Origin: Octopus vulgaris
Taxonomy: Eukaryota
NCBI GenBank assembly: GCA_951406725.2
Contig: OX597830.1
Span: forward strand, 64,170,001 to 64,234,000
Length of the DNA: 64,000 nucleotides
Direction: 5' to 3'
In this document: in pieces, positions 11,594-25,848 of the stretch
Layout: every line of letters starts with the position of its first letter
How positions within the stretch are numbered: the first letter of the stretch is position 1
The notes under the pieces: generated by a model
The model's database searches: none
The model's input: only the letters and a program-made list of their open reading frames with translations
What the model was told of the DNA's origin: nothing
Translations under genes and position numbers: made by a program

Positions 11594-11595
<2 letters not shown>
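11432..11595 (+). mobile_element. SINE family A, 5' half
   Basis: Head through GAAGCCCATCG, then (TA)n. Confidence 0.8.
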
Positions 11596-11632
<37 letters not shown>

Positions 11633-11675
11633 TCAATAAATGGTGGGGTTGTGTTGACCGCACGTGGAGAAATGA

Positions 11676-12424
11676 TAAGTAAGGAAAAATTTTTTTAAAA
11701 ATGCAGAATGCTCAAATGAAATAAAATTTTAATAAAATGAGAAAATGATAAAATATATAAAAATATATATTTATTCAACCGGTTTTCGTCAATGTATGAC
11801 TTGTCAAGAATATTTATGTTTTAAGAAGTTTTTTTGAAAATTAGAAAGGGGAAAAAAAAGAAAATTGCAATGTTTTTTGTAAAAGAATGATGATAAAAAT
11901 GTACAAAAATTAAAAAATAAGTTCTCCGATACATTGTGAGTTCGTTGTGTATCTTGAGTTTTATGGTTGTTTACCAAAAAGTTACCTTGAGGTGTTAAGA
12001 TCCAAAGGGATTAAGAGCATGTGATGTGTTGTGTTGTTGAATACAGCATGTTGCAGGACAGGAAGTAGTAGTAATTGTGGTCCTGGTTCTTCAGTTCCTG
12101 TGTTGTGAGTAAGGGAGAAAACTCTTTTGAGTTCTTCAATAAAACCCAAATTATAAAACTATCACTTTAGCTTCATTTGCATTATCTTTTTTATATATAA
12201 TTGCTTGTTAACTTAACTTTCAGATTTTAACACTTTATTTATATTATTTTCTAATAATATAAAACTGCATAGACAATTGCATTTCAAATTGTCATATCAT
12301 TTATAATAAAAATGATAGTAGTAACAACAACAATAGTGAAAATGATATTTAAAGAATATAAGTTTTAGCTTGAAGTGGTGAATGCATGGTGAGCATTCTG
12401 CATTTTTAAAAAAATTTTTCCTTA

Positions 12425-12429
<5 letters not shown>
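11676..12429 (-). mobile_element. Penelope pLTR-like remnant with 38-bp inverted termini
   Basis: 11676-11713 is the reverse complement of 12390-12429; hammerhead-like motif at 11772-11812; composition resembles 1510-1900. Confidence 0.5.
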
Positions 12430-12462
<33 letters not shown>

Positions 12463-13301
12463 CACATTTATACATTCGCTTTGCAAGATTCTTGATGTGA
12501 AATCGTGCGTTGGAACATATATTCTTGTATTTGGGGATGGTCATGTTGCCAGTTTAGCCAATAAAAACACACGCACTATATATTTGGTGTTAATTTGCTT
12601 CAGCTTTATTTTATTTTTTACATTAATCGTATTTCGGTCAGAATTCTTTCGCCACACTTCTGTGACCTCATCAGTGGTCCTTTGCTTTCTTCTTTCTTAT
12701 TTGTGTGTCTTTCCTTTCTAACGATCAGCCATTTTTTATTTTGTATTTTGAATACAAAATACAAAATGGCTGATCGTTAGTAAGGAAAGACATTTATTTA
12801 AATTAGAACAGATGGACACAGTATAATTATACCTAAAATCTCCAAGAAGTTAAGGAGATAGACAAAGAACATGTCTCTACTTCAGCATAGAAGTTACTAA
12901 ATTATCAAGAAGACTCTGCGTGTCACTGATTTTATTTGATTTTATGGGCTCAGTTTTAATTTATAGACTAGTTTATCAAATCCCTTGTATATCTAAGGCT
13001 GAGAGAACAGAGGGTAGTATATGTTAGGAGTAGGGCTGAGGGTGTAGACAGGCATTCTAGTTGGTATTGTCATAAAAAATCAAGATTTATTATAAGCAAT
13101 ATCATGAGGTTTAGTAAGGGAAAACTTAAAACAAGATGTTAGCTAATAATTAGGGGGGGGGGGGGTCACTCACTAGCAGACTGTTGATAATGAAACAGGG
13201 GAAGTCTTATCATGTGGTACTTTAGTTAAATATTTTAAAGGATTATTAAGAAGAATATTATAACAAAAAGGATAGAAAGTTATAAATACTTTTGAGTATA
13301 T

Positions 13302-13465
13302 AGGCGCAGGAGTGGCTGTGTTGTAAGTAGGCTGCTAACCAACTACATGGTTCCGTGTTCAGTTCCACTGCGTGGCATCTTGGGCAAGTGTCTTCTGCTA
13401 TAGCCCCGGGCCGACCAATGCCTTGTGAGTGGATTTGGTAGATGGAAACTGAAAGAAGCCTGTCG

Positions 13466-13506
<41 letters not shown>

Positions 13507-13726
13507 TTGTGTGTCTGTGTTTGTTCCCCTAGCATTGCTTGACAACCAATGCTGGTGTGTTTACGTCCCCGTCACTTAGCGGTTCGGCAAAAGAGACCGA
13601 TAGAATAAGTACTGGGCTTACAAAAGAATAAGTCCCGGGGTCGAGTTGCTCGACTAAAGGCGGTGCTCCAGCATGGCCGCAGTCAAAGAACTGAAACAAG
13701 TAAAAGAGAGAAAAAGAGTAAAGAGT
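13302..13726 (+). mobile_element. SINE family A, full length with target-site duplication
   Basis: AATACTTTTGAGTATAT present on both flanks. Confidence 0.9.
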
Positions 13727-14181
13727 AATACTTTTGAGTATATACCAAACTTTTTATCACAATAGTGGGCGGACAAGAAATTATCCAGAAATAGTTTAAT
13801 ATTTATACATATTGTATACTTAAATACTAACTCATCAGATGTTGTCTGTGAATATTGTCTACACACGTATTTTCAAGTAATCTTTTATGATAATCAGCGT
13901 TTTTAGTTTATTTTTCTATCTTGTGTATTAACATAAAGATTGTTCTGATTTATTGTAGGTAAACAGTGAATCTACTTTCTCTCTATGAGAAAGCAAAGTT
14001 CCTCCAACTACATTCTAGTTACTTTAAAAGTCTGACTTTGAGATATTTTAACTGCAAATATGAAACCTCGAACATGTGAGAATTTGAAGTTTGTTCAACT
14101 GAAAATGGCGTCTCGATAGACGAACAATATAGTGACCAGAAACTATTACACTGTAAAACAGTTATTAAGCAAGAACAGTAT

Positions 14182-14600
14182 AGGCGCAGGAGTGGCTGTG
14201 TGGTAAGTAGCTTGCTAACCAACCACATGGGTCCGGGTTCAGTCCCACTGCGTGGCATCTTGGGCAAGTGTCTTCTGCTATAGCCTCAGGCCGACCAAAG
14301 CCTTGTGAGTGGATTTGGTAGACAGAAACTGAAAGAATCCTGTCGTATATATATATATATATGTGTGTATGTATATGTGTGTATATGTTTGTGTCTGTGT
14401 TTGTCCCTCTAGCATTGCTTGACAACCGATGCTGGTGTGTTTACGTCCCCGTAACATAGCGGTTCGGCAAAAGAGACCGATAGAATAAGTACTGGGCTTA
14501 CAAAGAATAAGTCCCGGGGTCGATTTGCTCGACTGAAGGCGGTGCTCCAGCATGGCCGCAGACAAATGACTGAAACAAGTACAAGAGTACAAGAGAGTAT
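14182..14600 (+). mobile_element. SINE family A, full length
   Basis: Matches the family from GGCGCAGGAG to the tail. Confidence 0.9.
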
Positions 14601-14938
14601 GCGCAGAAAAATCATTGAATATAGCCGTAAAGATTATTCTCCTCGAAAAACTGCAGGTCTTTACGCACAAGAACTAGATCATAGCGCTCAGAAGCATTAC
14701 AGTGTAATATGAACTTAGTGGTACGTCTCTGAATATTCATTCTATAGGTTCCTTCCTCACTCCCTTTTCTCGCCGGTTTTTATCCTCCAACTATTCCCAC
14801 TTAATTACCCCAGTGCTTAATTTTTCCAGCCTCTCTACTCATTGTCTTTAATAGTTTTAGCTGATTTCTTGTATGTGAACGATTAGCTCGAGTTCCACCG
14901 CGAGGTTTACTGACAACAGTTATTAACTTTATATTATA

Positions 14939-15330
14939 CTAGCAGTATCGCCCGGCGTTGCTCGGGTTTGTAAGGGAAATAACTATAAAACATTTTTAGA
15001 GAGTTATAGCCAAAAAACAGCAAAAAATGCATTAAAAATGCAAAAAAAATTATGGTAGATTTTTTTTTAAATCGTTGACTCATCGTAGACATTTTTAGAG
15101 AGTTACTTCCCTTTATTTAAAAAATATGTTTTAAAATGGAAAAAAATTATGGTAAATTATTTTGAAAATCGTGGACTCATCGTAGACGCGCGCTAATACC
15201 CAGAAGGGCTCGATATGAATCACGACTATAAGATACCCGGATTTGGTTAAACTGCACCGCAAAATGTGGGAGTAGTTAGGAATCTAAATCGTAGGAGACA
15301 GACACACAACTTCCCTTTTATATATAAAGA
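14939..15330 (-). mobile_element. Non-autonomous Helitron (copies at 19417-19806, 23886-24279, 28373-28763)
   Basis: Minus strand A|TCTTTATATATAAAAG..CCCGAGCAACGCCGGG hairpin..CTAG|T; no TSD. Confidence 0.85.
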
Positions 15331-16474
15331 TATGGTATTTCTCAAGCCGTATCTTCATCCTGACTTGCTCTTAACTATCCCCCCTTTCTCTCCCTATGTC
15401 CGGCCACCACCTCCAATCCCATTTCCTCTCTCTTCTCTGTAAACCCTTATATTTGTTAACTCACGTAAATGGCTCGCGTTTACCACATTACTCTCAAAAA
15501 GGGATGCTTAACTTATTTTATCAATTTTATCTCAACTTGTCGCTGGTCACACACTTATGACAGCATGCACATATTACTTATAAACATAGTTATTACTTAA
15601 GTTATGGCCATCTTGAAACAGCTGTCGAGATAAGACTCTACATAATTTTCGCTTTATTATATAATCTGTATTTTGTGCCTCATGTAAACGTGTTTCAAGT
15701 CTAATCGTGTTTATCATTTATCTACTTTACCTCTTTTTCTCTCTATGTGCGTGTGTGTTTGTGTACAGAAAGAGTGGTTAAGTGGTTATGTATGTATCTA
15801 TAAGTGTGTGTGTGTGAATGTGTATGTATGTATGTATGTAAGTATGTATGTATGTATGTATGTATGTGTGTATATATGTATGTATGTATGTGAGTGTGTT
15901 TTTGTGTCTGTGTTCGTATCCCATCCCCGCTTGACAAACGATACTGGTGTGTTTACGTACCCGTAACTTAGCGGTTCTGTAAAAGAGACCGGTAGAATAA
16001 GTACTAGGCTTAAAAATTACTAAACACTGGGGTCCATCTTTTTGACTAAAACCCTTCAAGGACGCAAAAACGTTGCAATTTTCCAGCTGAGTAGGCTGGA
16101 ACATAGCGCTCCGAACCGGAACATAGCGCTCAGAAGCATTACAATGTAATATGAAATTAGTGGTACGTCTCTGAATATTCATTCTTAACAAAATACAAAA
16201 CGAGGCAGACTGGAACGAAATATGTCTAATATATATATCTGTCTATCTATTTACATAACAACTACTGTACTTTCCTGTTTATAAGAGAACGAAAAGCTCT
16301 TTGTGAGAACATTTTAAGAGAATTGGAGCACATTTACATGTTTACATATAAAAAGCGTGAAGCTTATACTTTGTGTTAATTCATTCAGTCCCTCTGGGAG
16401 ACCGTTTGCTAGGTTTCTACTTCCAAATAGTTCCTTTAATTACTTTCTAATTATATTCATAATACATCATACAT

Positions 16475-16700
16475 GACACGTAAAAGCACCATCCGTTCGT
16501 GGCCGTTGTGCCAGCTCTGTCTGGCACCTGTGCAGGTGGCACGTAAAAAGCACCCACTACACTCACGGAGTGGTTGGCGTTAGGAAGGGCATCCAGCCGT
16601 AGAAACACTGCCAAATCTGACTGGGCCTGATGAAGCCTTCCGGCTTCACAGACCCCAGTTAAACCGTCCAACCCATGCTAGCATGGAAAACGGACGCTAA

Positions 16701-16730
<30 letters not shown>
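16475..16730 (+). mobile_element. SINE-like repeat family C with (GAT)n tail (also in each tandem unit and at 36615-36925, 39255-39565)
   Basis: Repeated ACGTAAAAAGCACC modules, GTGGTTGGCGTTAGGAAGGGCATCC body, (GAT)n tail. Confidence 0.7.
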
Positions 16731-16732
<2 letters not shown>

Positions 16733-16824
16733 AGGATTCTATTGTTAATTTAACGATTGCAATTTCATGTTTCCACCCTATCTGTGTGTGAGCGGAGCGA
16801 GAGATAGAGGGGGGGGGGGGGGCT

Positions 16825-16889
<65 letters not shown>

Positions 16890-17057
16890 GGAGAGGGAAA
16901 GTGGGAGAGGGATGGAGGGAATAGATAAAATCAAAATAAGTTCAGCATAGATAACACAGAATATTGTTCAAATGGATGTGAACTTTAACTTCTTCACCCA
17001 GGGCCAGAGCCTTGGCATTGAAAGTTAGTTATGAGTGTAATCCTTATCCAGCTGTTA

Positions 17058-20000
17058 TGGAGGTAGTAAAGTGGATAAAGACAGTTAAGCTTGAGACATA
17101 TATTTACAAGGGGAACAGCTTACAGATTATATAACAAAGTAAAAATTATCTCGATAGCTTTTTCAAGATGGCTATAATTTACGCAATAACCATATTCATA
17201 AGTAATATTTGCAGGATGTCATAGGTGTACGCCTAGCGACAAGTGTAGATGAAGTTGTTAATGTAAGTTAGACATCCTTATTCAAGAGTAGAGTTTAATA
17301 ACAAATACTGGTCACGTAATTTCACCATAAACTTCTTCGATATCAGCATGGGTCCCTCGGATTGTGCCCAACATATGAACGTAGTGGACCTTTCTCTTCT
17401 TTCACAAATAACATGCCTGCCTGAAGACTCATGCAGGGATGATACGCTTATCGCAGCCACGGGTATGTCTAGGCCTTCCATTGACCTTATCCAGATAACC
17501 CTCCATAAGTTCTTTAAAAATCCCATCGAAAATAGCACTGAGGTAGCCATCTTCTTGGACGTGACTCTTGACTTAAATTCTAGCCTCTACTACTACCATA
17601 AACCCAAAGAGACCTTACAATACATCAACCTGAAATCTAATTACTTTAAATTCATCTTAAATAGCATAGTTCAAGGAATTTCTACTAAGGTTTCTAACGT
17701 ATCCGCCAACGAAGATATCTTTGACAACCATACCCCTTACTATAACCAGGCTATCTGAAACAGTGGTTTATAATCGCAATACTAAGCTGAAAACTAAACT
17801 AGAACTTCTATTTCCTTGTAGAGAAACTAAGCTCCCATAAATTTACCCCTACCTCTTCATCCATTAGCACCTTCCAGCAATCTTCACCCGCTACTAAAAC
17901 TTTATTTACTAGACTAGAAACCTGGCCAGCCCTGACACGGAATGAATTCCAACCGCCTAAGGCTAAATAGCACAAACCCACGCATGGTTCTTATGCGTCC
18001 GAGGTTGGAAAACGGGAGTTATGGTTTGCATCCCCGTTTTCTCCTTTTCTCTTTTAAATAATAAATAATAAATGCGCCCAATTTAAAGCCTAGCCAGGCT
18101 CATGGGCCCGGTTTTCCGGTTTCTATGGCGTATGCGTTCCCCAGCTGGACGGGACGCCAGTCCATTGCAGCGTTACTCATTTTAGCCAGCTGAGTGGACT
18201 GGAGCAACGTGAAATGAAGTGTTTTGCTCAAGAACACAACGCGTCACCCGGTCCAGGAATCGAAACCACAATCTTACGATCATGATGCTGACACCCTAAC
18301 CACTAAGCCACGCGCCTCCACCGTTTTCTCCTTTAGTGAACTTTATACCAAAGTTCTTATTCAACACCATCAATTCCAGTTACCTACCCTAGCATTGTGC
18401 TACTTGATTCGTAACAAATCCTCGATTAAAGTTTCATTTTCCACAGCCCCAAATTTGGGAGCTTTAACCGAAGTTTCTAACTCGGCCGTCCTGATTGCAG
18501 GCCTCGAGAACCACTCTTCTGGCTTTTCTCTCAACCGAGTAATACCGTAACCCCGGAGAATCCCATTCTTTACCTTAACAATTTCAGAGCCACCGTTAAC
18601 GCCCCTAGAATTAGCAACGTGAATACCAGAAACTACGGTGAAACAAATACAATATATCATTCTCTTGTCTCTCATACCACTAAAGATTATTTAAACCCAC
18701 ACAAGATTTCGACTTATGCTACCACTGCCACATTATCCAGTAATACCTCTAATGTTGTAGGTTCTAATACTGACCTTCTAACTGCTGATTTTTCTACTCC
18801 CAATAATCTCGGCTATAACGTTGAATGTAAATGCTTGGTTATAACTCCACGTCCCCGCCGGCTAGGATATACATTGGGGTTACGATCAACTTAAATAGAC
18901 GCTTCCTTGCTCACTTGTGCTCCTTCTCTAACAGGACTTCTAAACAATCTACTTCCCTCGCCACCTACATACACTGCTTGGAGACTGAGTATACCTTATA
19001 TTTTATCTTGCTTTTTAGCTTATCGCGGAACCCACAACAACCCAAATCTTCGCGTTGGTAAATTACATTTCCGGGAGTCTCTCACAATATTACGCCAAAA
19101 TGAGAATTCTTTACTTAATTGATTCCCTGACGTAATCTTTTGCAGACAAATACTATTGAACCTTTGCTCACATTGGTTTCAAATTTTGGCACAAGGCCTG
19201 CAAATTTGGTGAATAGGTTCTATAGGATCCTTCTTCACTCCCTTTTCTCGCCGGTCTTTATCCTCCAACTATTCCCACTTAATTACCCCAGTGCTTCATT
19301 TTTCTAGCCTCTCTACTCATTGTCTTTGATAGTTTTAGCTGATTTCTTGTATGTGAACGATTAGCTCGGGTTCCACCGCGAGGTTTACTGACAACAGTTA
19401 TTAACTTTATATTATACTAGTAGTATCGCCCGGCTTTGCTCGGGTTTGTAAGGGAAATAACTATAAAGCATTTTTAGAGAGTTATAGCCCAAAAAACAGC
19501 AAAAAATGCATTAAAAATGGAAAAGAAATTTTGGTAAATTTTTTTTTAAATCGTTGACTCATCGTAGACATTTTTAGAGAGTTACTTCCCTTTATTAAAA
19601 AAATATGCTTTAAAATGGAAAAAAATTACGGTAAATTATTTTAAAAATCGTGGAACATCGTAGACGCGCGCTAATACCCAGAAGGGCTCGATATGAATCA
19701 CGACTATAAGATACCCGAATTTGGTTAAACTGCACCGCAAAATGTGGGAGTAGTTAGGAATCTAAATCGTAGGAGACAGACACAACTTCACTTTTATATA
19801 TAAAGATATGGTATTTCTCAAGCCGTATCTTCATCCTGACTTGCTGTTAACTATCCCCCCTTTCTCTCCCTATGTCCGTCCACCACCTCCAATCCCATTT
19901 CCTCTCTCTTCTCTGTAAACCCTTATATTTGTTAACTCACGTAAATGGCTCGCGTTTACCACATTACTCTCAAAAAGGGATGCTTAACTTATTTTAACAA

Positions 20001-20215
20001 TTTTATCTCAACTTGTCGCTGGTCACACACTTATGACAGCATGCACATATTACTTATAAATATAGTTATTACTTAAGTTATGGCCATCTTGAAACAGCTG
20101 TCGAGATAAGACTCTACATAATTTTCGCTTTATTATATAATCTGTATTTTGTGCCTCATGTAAACGTGTTTCAAGTCTAATCGTGTTTATCATTTATCTA
20201 CTTTACCTCTTTTTC
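17058..20215 (+). mobile_element. Decayed Naiad-type Penelope-like element with inverted upstream pLTR (repeated in the tandem units)
   Basis: FDISMGPSDCAQ..CRDD..FLDVTLDL..YHKP..YINLKSN; KRELWFASPFS; SIKVSFSTAPN; IYIGVT..RFLAHLCSF..STSLATYI..LLN; 17058-17290 is an inverted homolog of 15490-15735 and 19965-20210. Confidence 0.75.
18075..18320 (-). mobile_element. tRNA-derived SINE family D inserted in the Naiad relic, with TSD
   Basis: Minus strand GGAGGCGCGTGGCTTAGTGGTTAG..GGTTTCGATTCC; CCGTTTTCTCCTTT duplicated at 18033 and 18321. Confidence 0.85.
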
Positions 20216-21194
20216 TCTCTATGTGCGTGTGTGTTTGTGTACAGAAAGAGTGGTTAAGTGGTTATGTATGTATGTATAAATGTGTGTGTGTGAATGTGTA
20301 TGTATGTATGTATGTATGTATGTATGTATGTATGTATGTATGTATGTATGTATGTATGTGTGTATATATGTATGTATGTATGTGAGTGTGTTTTTGTGTC
20401 TGTGTTCGTATCCCATCCCCGCTTGACAAACGATACTGGTGTGTTTACGTACCCGTAACTTAGCGGTTCTGTAAAAGAGACCGGCAGAATAAGTACTAGG
20501 CTTAAAAATTACTAAACACTGGGGTCCATCTTTTTGACTAAAACCCTTCAAGGACGCAAAAACGTTGCAATTTTCCAGCTGAGTAGGCTGGAACATAGCG
20601 CTCCGAACCGGAACATAGCGCTCAGAAGCATAACAATGTAATATGAAATTAGTGGTACGTCTCTGAATATTCATTCTTAACAAAATACAAAACGAGGCAG
20701 ACTGGAACGAAATATGTCTAATATATATATCTGTCTATCTATTTACATAACAACTACTGTACTTTCCTGTTTATAAGAGAACGAAAAGCTCTTTGTGAGA
20801 ACATTTTAAGAGAATTGGAGCACATTTACATTTGTTTACATATAAAAAGCGTGAAGCTTATACTTTGTGTTAATTCATTCAGTCCCTCTGGGAGACCGTT
20901 TGCTAGGTTTCTACTTCCAAATAGTTCCTTTAATTACTTTCTAATTATATTCATAATACATCATACATGACACGTAAAAGCACCATCCGTTCGTGGCCGT
21001 TGTGCCAGCTCTGTCTGGAACCTGTGCAGGTGGCACGTAAAAAGCACCCACTACACTCACGGAGTGGTTGGCGTTAGGAAGGGCATCCAGCCGTAGAAAC
21101 ACTGCCAAATCTGACTGGGCCTGATGAAGCCTTCCGGCTTCACAGACCCCAGTTAAACCGTCCAACCCATGCTAGCATGGAAAACGGACGCTAA

Positions 21195-21232
<38 letters not shown>

Positions 21233-21318
21233 AGGATTCTATTGTTAATTTAACGATTGCAATTTCATATTTCCACCCTATCTGTGTGTGAGCGGAGCGA
21301 GAGATAGAGGGGGGGGCT

Positions 21319-21357
<39 letters not shown>

Positions 21358-24300
21358 GGAGAGGGAAAGTGGGAGAGGGATGGAGGGAATAGATAAAATC
21401 AAAATAAGTTCAGCATAGATAACACAGAATATTGTTCAAATGGATGTGAACTTTAACTTCTTCACCCAGGGCCAGAGCCTTGGCATTGAAAGTTAGTTAT
21501 GAGTGTAATCCTTATCCAGCTGTTATGGAGGTAGTAAAGTGGATAAAGACAGTTAAGCTTGAGACATATATTTACAAGGGGAACAGCTTACAGATTATAT
21601 AACAAAGTAAAAATTATCTCGATAGCTTTTTCAAGATGGCTATAATTTACGCAATAACCATATTCATAAGTAATATTTGCAGGATGTCATAGGTGTACGC
21701 CTAGCGACAAGTGTAGATGAAGTTGTTAATGTAAGTTAGACATCCTTATTCAAGAGTAGAGTTTAATAACAAATACTGGTCACGTAATTTCACCATAAAC
21801 TTCTTCGATATCAGCATGGGTCCCTCGGATTGTGCCCAACATATGAACGTAGTGGACCTTTCTCTTCTTTCACAAATAACATGCCTGCCTGAAGACTCAT
21901 GCAGGGATGATACGCTTATCGCAGCCACGGGTATGTCTAGGCCTTCCATTGACCTTATCCAGATAACCCTCCATAAGTTCTTTAAAAATCCCATCGAAAA
22001 TAGCACTGAGGTAGCCATCTTCTTGGACGTGACTCTTGACTTAAATTCTAGCCTCTACTACTACCATAAACCCAAAGAGACCTCTACAATACATCAACCT
22101 GAAATCTAATTACTTTAAATTCATCTTAAATAGCATAGTTCAAGGAATTTCTACTAAGGTTTCTAACGTATCCGCCAACGAAGATATCTTTGACAACCAT
22201 ACCCCTTACTATAACCAGGCTATCTGAAACAGTGGTTTATAATCGCAATACTAAGCTGAAAACTAAACTAGAACTTCTATTTCCTTGTAGAGAAACTAAG
22301 CTCCCATAAATTTACCCCTACCTCTTCATCCATTAGCACCTTCCAGCAATCTTCACCCGCTACTAAAACTTTATTTACTAGACTAGAAACCTGGCCAGCC
22401 CTGACACGGAATGAATTCCAACCGCCTAAGGCTAAATAGCACAAACCCACGCATGGTTCTTATGCGTCCGAGGTTGGAAAACGGGAGTTATGGTTTGCAT
22501 CCCCGTTTTCTCCTTTTCTCTTTTAAATAATAAATAATAAATGCGCCCAATTTAAAGCCTAGCCAGGCTCATGGGCCCGGTTTTCCGGTTTCTATGGCGT
22601 ATGCGTTCCCCAGCTGGACGGGACGCCAGTCCATTGCAGCGTTACTCATTTTAGCCAGCTGAGTGGACTGGAGCAACGTGAAATGAAGTGTTTTGCTCAA
22701 GAACACAACGCGTCACCCGGTCCAGGAATCGAAACCACAATCTTACGATCATGATGCTGACACCCTAACCACTAAGCCACGCGCCTCCACCGTTTTCTCC
22801 TTTAGTGAACTTTATACCAAAGTTCTTATTCAACACCATCAATTCCAGTTACCTACCCTAGCATTGTGCTACTTGATTCGTAACAAATCCTCGATTAAAG
22901 TTTCATTTTCCACAGCCCCAAATTTGGGAGCTTTAACCGAAGCTTCTAACTCGGCCGTCCTGATTGCAGGCCTCGAGAACCACTCTTCTGGCTTCTCTCT
23001 CAACCGAGTAATACCGTAACCCCGGAGAATCCCATTCTTTACCTTAACAATTTCAGAGCCACCGTTAACGCCCCTAGAATTAGCAACGTGAATACCAGAA
23101 ACTACGGTGAAACAAATACAATATATCATTCTCTTGTCTCTCATACCACTAAAGATTATTTAAACCCACACAAGATTTCGACTTATGCTACCACTGCTAC
23201 ATTATCCAGTAATACCTCTAATGTTGTAGGTTCTAATACTGACCTTCTAACTGCTGATTTTTCTACTCCCAATAATCTCGGCTATAACGTTGAATGTAAA
23301 TGCTTGGTTATAACTCCACGTCCCCACCGGCTAGGATATACATTGGGGGTACGATCGACTTAAATAGACGCTTCCTTGCTCACTTGTGCTCCTTCTCTAA
23401 CAGGACTTCTAAACAATCTACTTCCCTCGCCACCTACATACACTGCTTGGAGACTGAGTATACCTTATATTTTATCTTGCTTTTTAGCTTATCGCGGAAC
23501 CCACTACAACCCAAATCTTCGCGTTGGTAAATTACATTTCCGGGAGTCTCTCACAATATTACGCCAAAATGAGAATTCTTTACTTAATTGATTCCCTGAC
23601 GTAATCTTTTGCAGACAAATACTATTGAACCTTTGCTCACATTGGTTTCAAGTTTTGGCACAAGGCCTGCAAATTTGGTGAATAGGTTCTATAGGATCCT
23701 TCTTCACTCCCTTTTCTCGCCGGTCTTTATCCTCCAACTATTCCCACTTAATTACCCCAGTGCTTAATTTTTCCAGCCTCTCTACTCATTGTCTTTGATA
23801 GTTTTAGCTGATTTCTTGTATGTGAACGATTAGCTCGAGTTCCACCGCGAGGTTTACTGACAACAGTTATTAACTTTATATTATACTAGCAGTATCGCCC
23901 GGCGTTGCTCGGGTTTGTAAGGGAAATAACTATAAAGCATCTTTAGAGAGTTATAGCCCAAAAAACAGCAAAAAATGCATTAAAAATGGAAAAAAAATTA
24001 TGGTAAATATTTTTTTAAATCGTTGACACATCGTAGACATTTTTAGAGAGTTACTTCCCATTATTTAAAAAATATGCTTTAAAATGGAAAAAAAATTATG
24101 GTAAATTATTTTTAAAATCGTAGACTCATCGTAGACGCGCGCTAATACCCAGAAGGGCTCGATATGAATCCCGACTATAAGATATCCGGTTTTGGTTAAA
24201 CTGCACCGCAAAATGTGGGAGTAGTTAGGAATCTAAATCGTAGGAGACAGACACACAACTTCACTTTTATATATAAAGATATGGTATTTCTCAAGCCGTA

Positions 24301-25674
24301 CATTCATCCTGACTTGTTCTTAACTACCCCCCCTTTCTCTCCCTATGTCCGTCCACCACCTCCAGTCCCATTTCCTCTCTCTTCTCTGTAAACCCTTATA
24401 TTTGTTAACTCACGTAAATGGCTCGCGTTTACCATATTACTCTCAAAAAGGGATGCTTAACTTATTTTAACAATTTTATCTCAACTTGTCGCTGGTCGCA
24501 CACTTATGACAGCATGCACATATTACTTATAAATATAGTTATTACTTAAGTTATGGCCATCTTGAAACAGCTGTCGAGATAAGACTCTACATAATTTTCG
24601 CTTTATTATATAATCTGTATTTTGTGCCTCATGTAAACGTGTTTCAAGTCTAATCGTGTTTATCATTTATCTACTTTACCTCTTTTTCTCTCTATGTGTG
24701 TGTGTGTTTGTGTACAAAAAGAGTGGTTAAGTGGTTATGTATGTATGTATAAATGTGTGTGTGTGAATGTGTGTGTGTGTGAATGTGTATGTATGTATGT
24801 ATGTATGTATGTATGTATGTATGTATGTATGTATGTATGTATGTGTGTATATATGTATGTATGTGAGTGTGTTTTTGTGTCTGTGTTCGTATCCCATCTC
24901 CGCTTGACAAACGATACTGGTGTGTTTACGTACCCGTAACTTAGCGGTTCAGCCAAAGAGACCGGTAGAATAAGTACTAGGCTTAAAAATTACTAAACAC
25001 TGGGGTCCATCTTTTTGACTAAAACCCTTCAAGGACGCAAAAACGTTGCAATTTTCCAGCTGAGTAGGCTGGAACATAGCGCTCAGGACTGGAACATAGC
25101 GCTCAGAAGCATTACAATGTAATATGAAATTAGTGGTACGTCTCTGAATACTCATTCTTAACAAAATACAAAACGAGGCAGACTGGAACGAAATATGTCT
25201 AATATATATATCTGTCTATCTATTTACATAACAACTACTGTACTTTCCTGTTTATAAGAGAACGAAAAGCTCTTTGTGAGAACATTTTAAGAGAACTGGA
25301 GCTCATTTACATTTGTTTACATATAAAATGCGTGAAGCTTATACTTTGTGTTAATTCATTCAGTCCCTCTGGTAGACCGTTTGCTAATTTCTACTTCCAA
25401 ATAGTTCCTTTAATTACTTTCTAATTATATTCATAATACATCATACATGACACGTAAAAGCACCATCCGTTCGTGGCCGTTGTGCCAGCTCTGTCTGGCA
25501 CCTGTGCAGGTGGCACGTAAAAAACACCCACTACACTCGCGGAGTGGTTGGCGTTAGGAAGGGCATCCAGCCGTAGAAACACTGCCAAATCTGACTGGGC
25601 CTGATGAAGCCTTCCGGCTTCACAGACCCCAGTTAAACCGTCCAACCCATGCTAGCATGGAAAACGGACGCTAA

Positions 25675-25706
<32 letters not shown>

Positions 25707-25791
25707 AGGATTCTATTGTTAATTTAACGATTGCAATTTCATGTTTCACCCTATCTGTGTGTGAGCGGAGCGAGAGATAGAGGGGGGGGCT

Positions 25792-25848
<57 letters not shown>

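Noticed and set aside
12800-13250. Possible decayed APE endonuclease (LLGDF on the minus strand)
   Set aside because: Single short motif amid stops; insufficient support
16625-16660. CTGATGA followed by a hairpin (hammerhead-like)
   Set aside because: No GAAA after the stem; other copies of this SINE read CTGGTGCA, so it is a chance mutation
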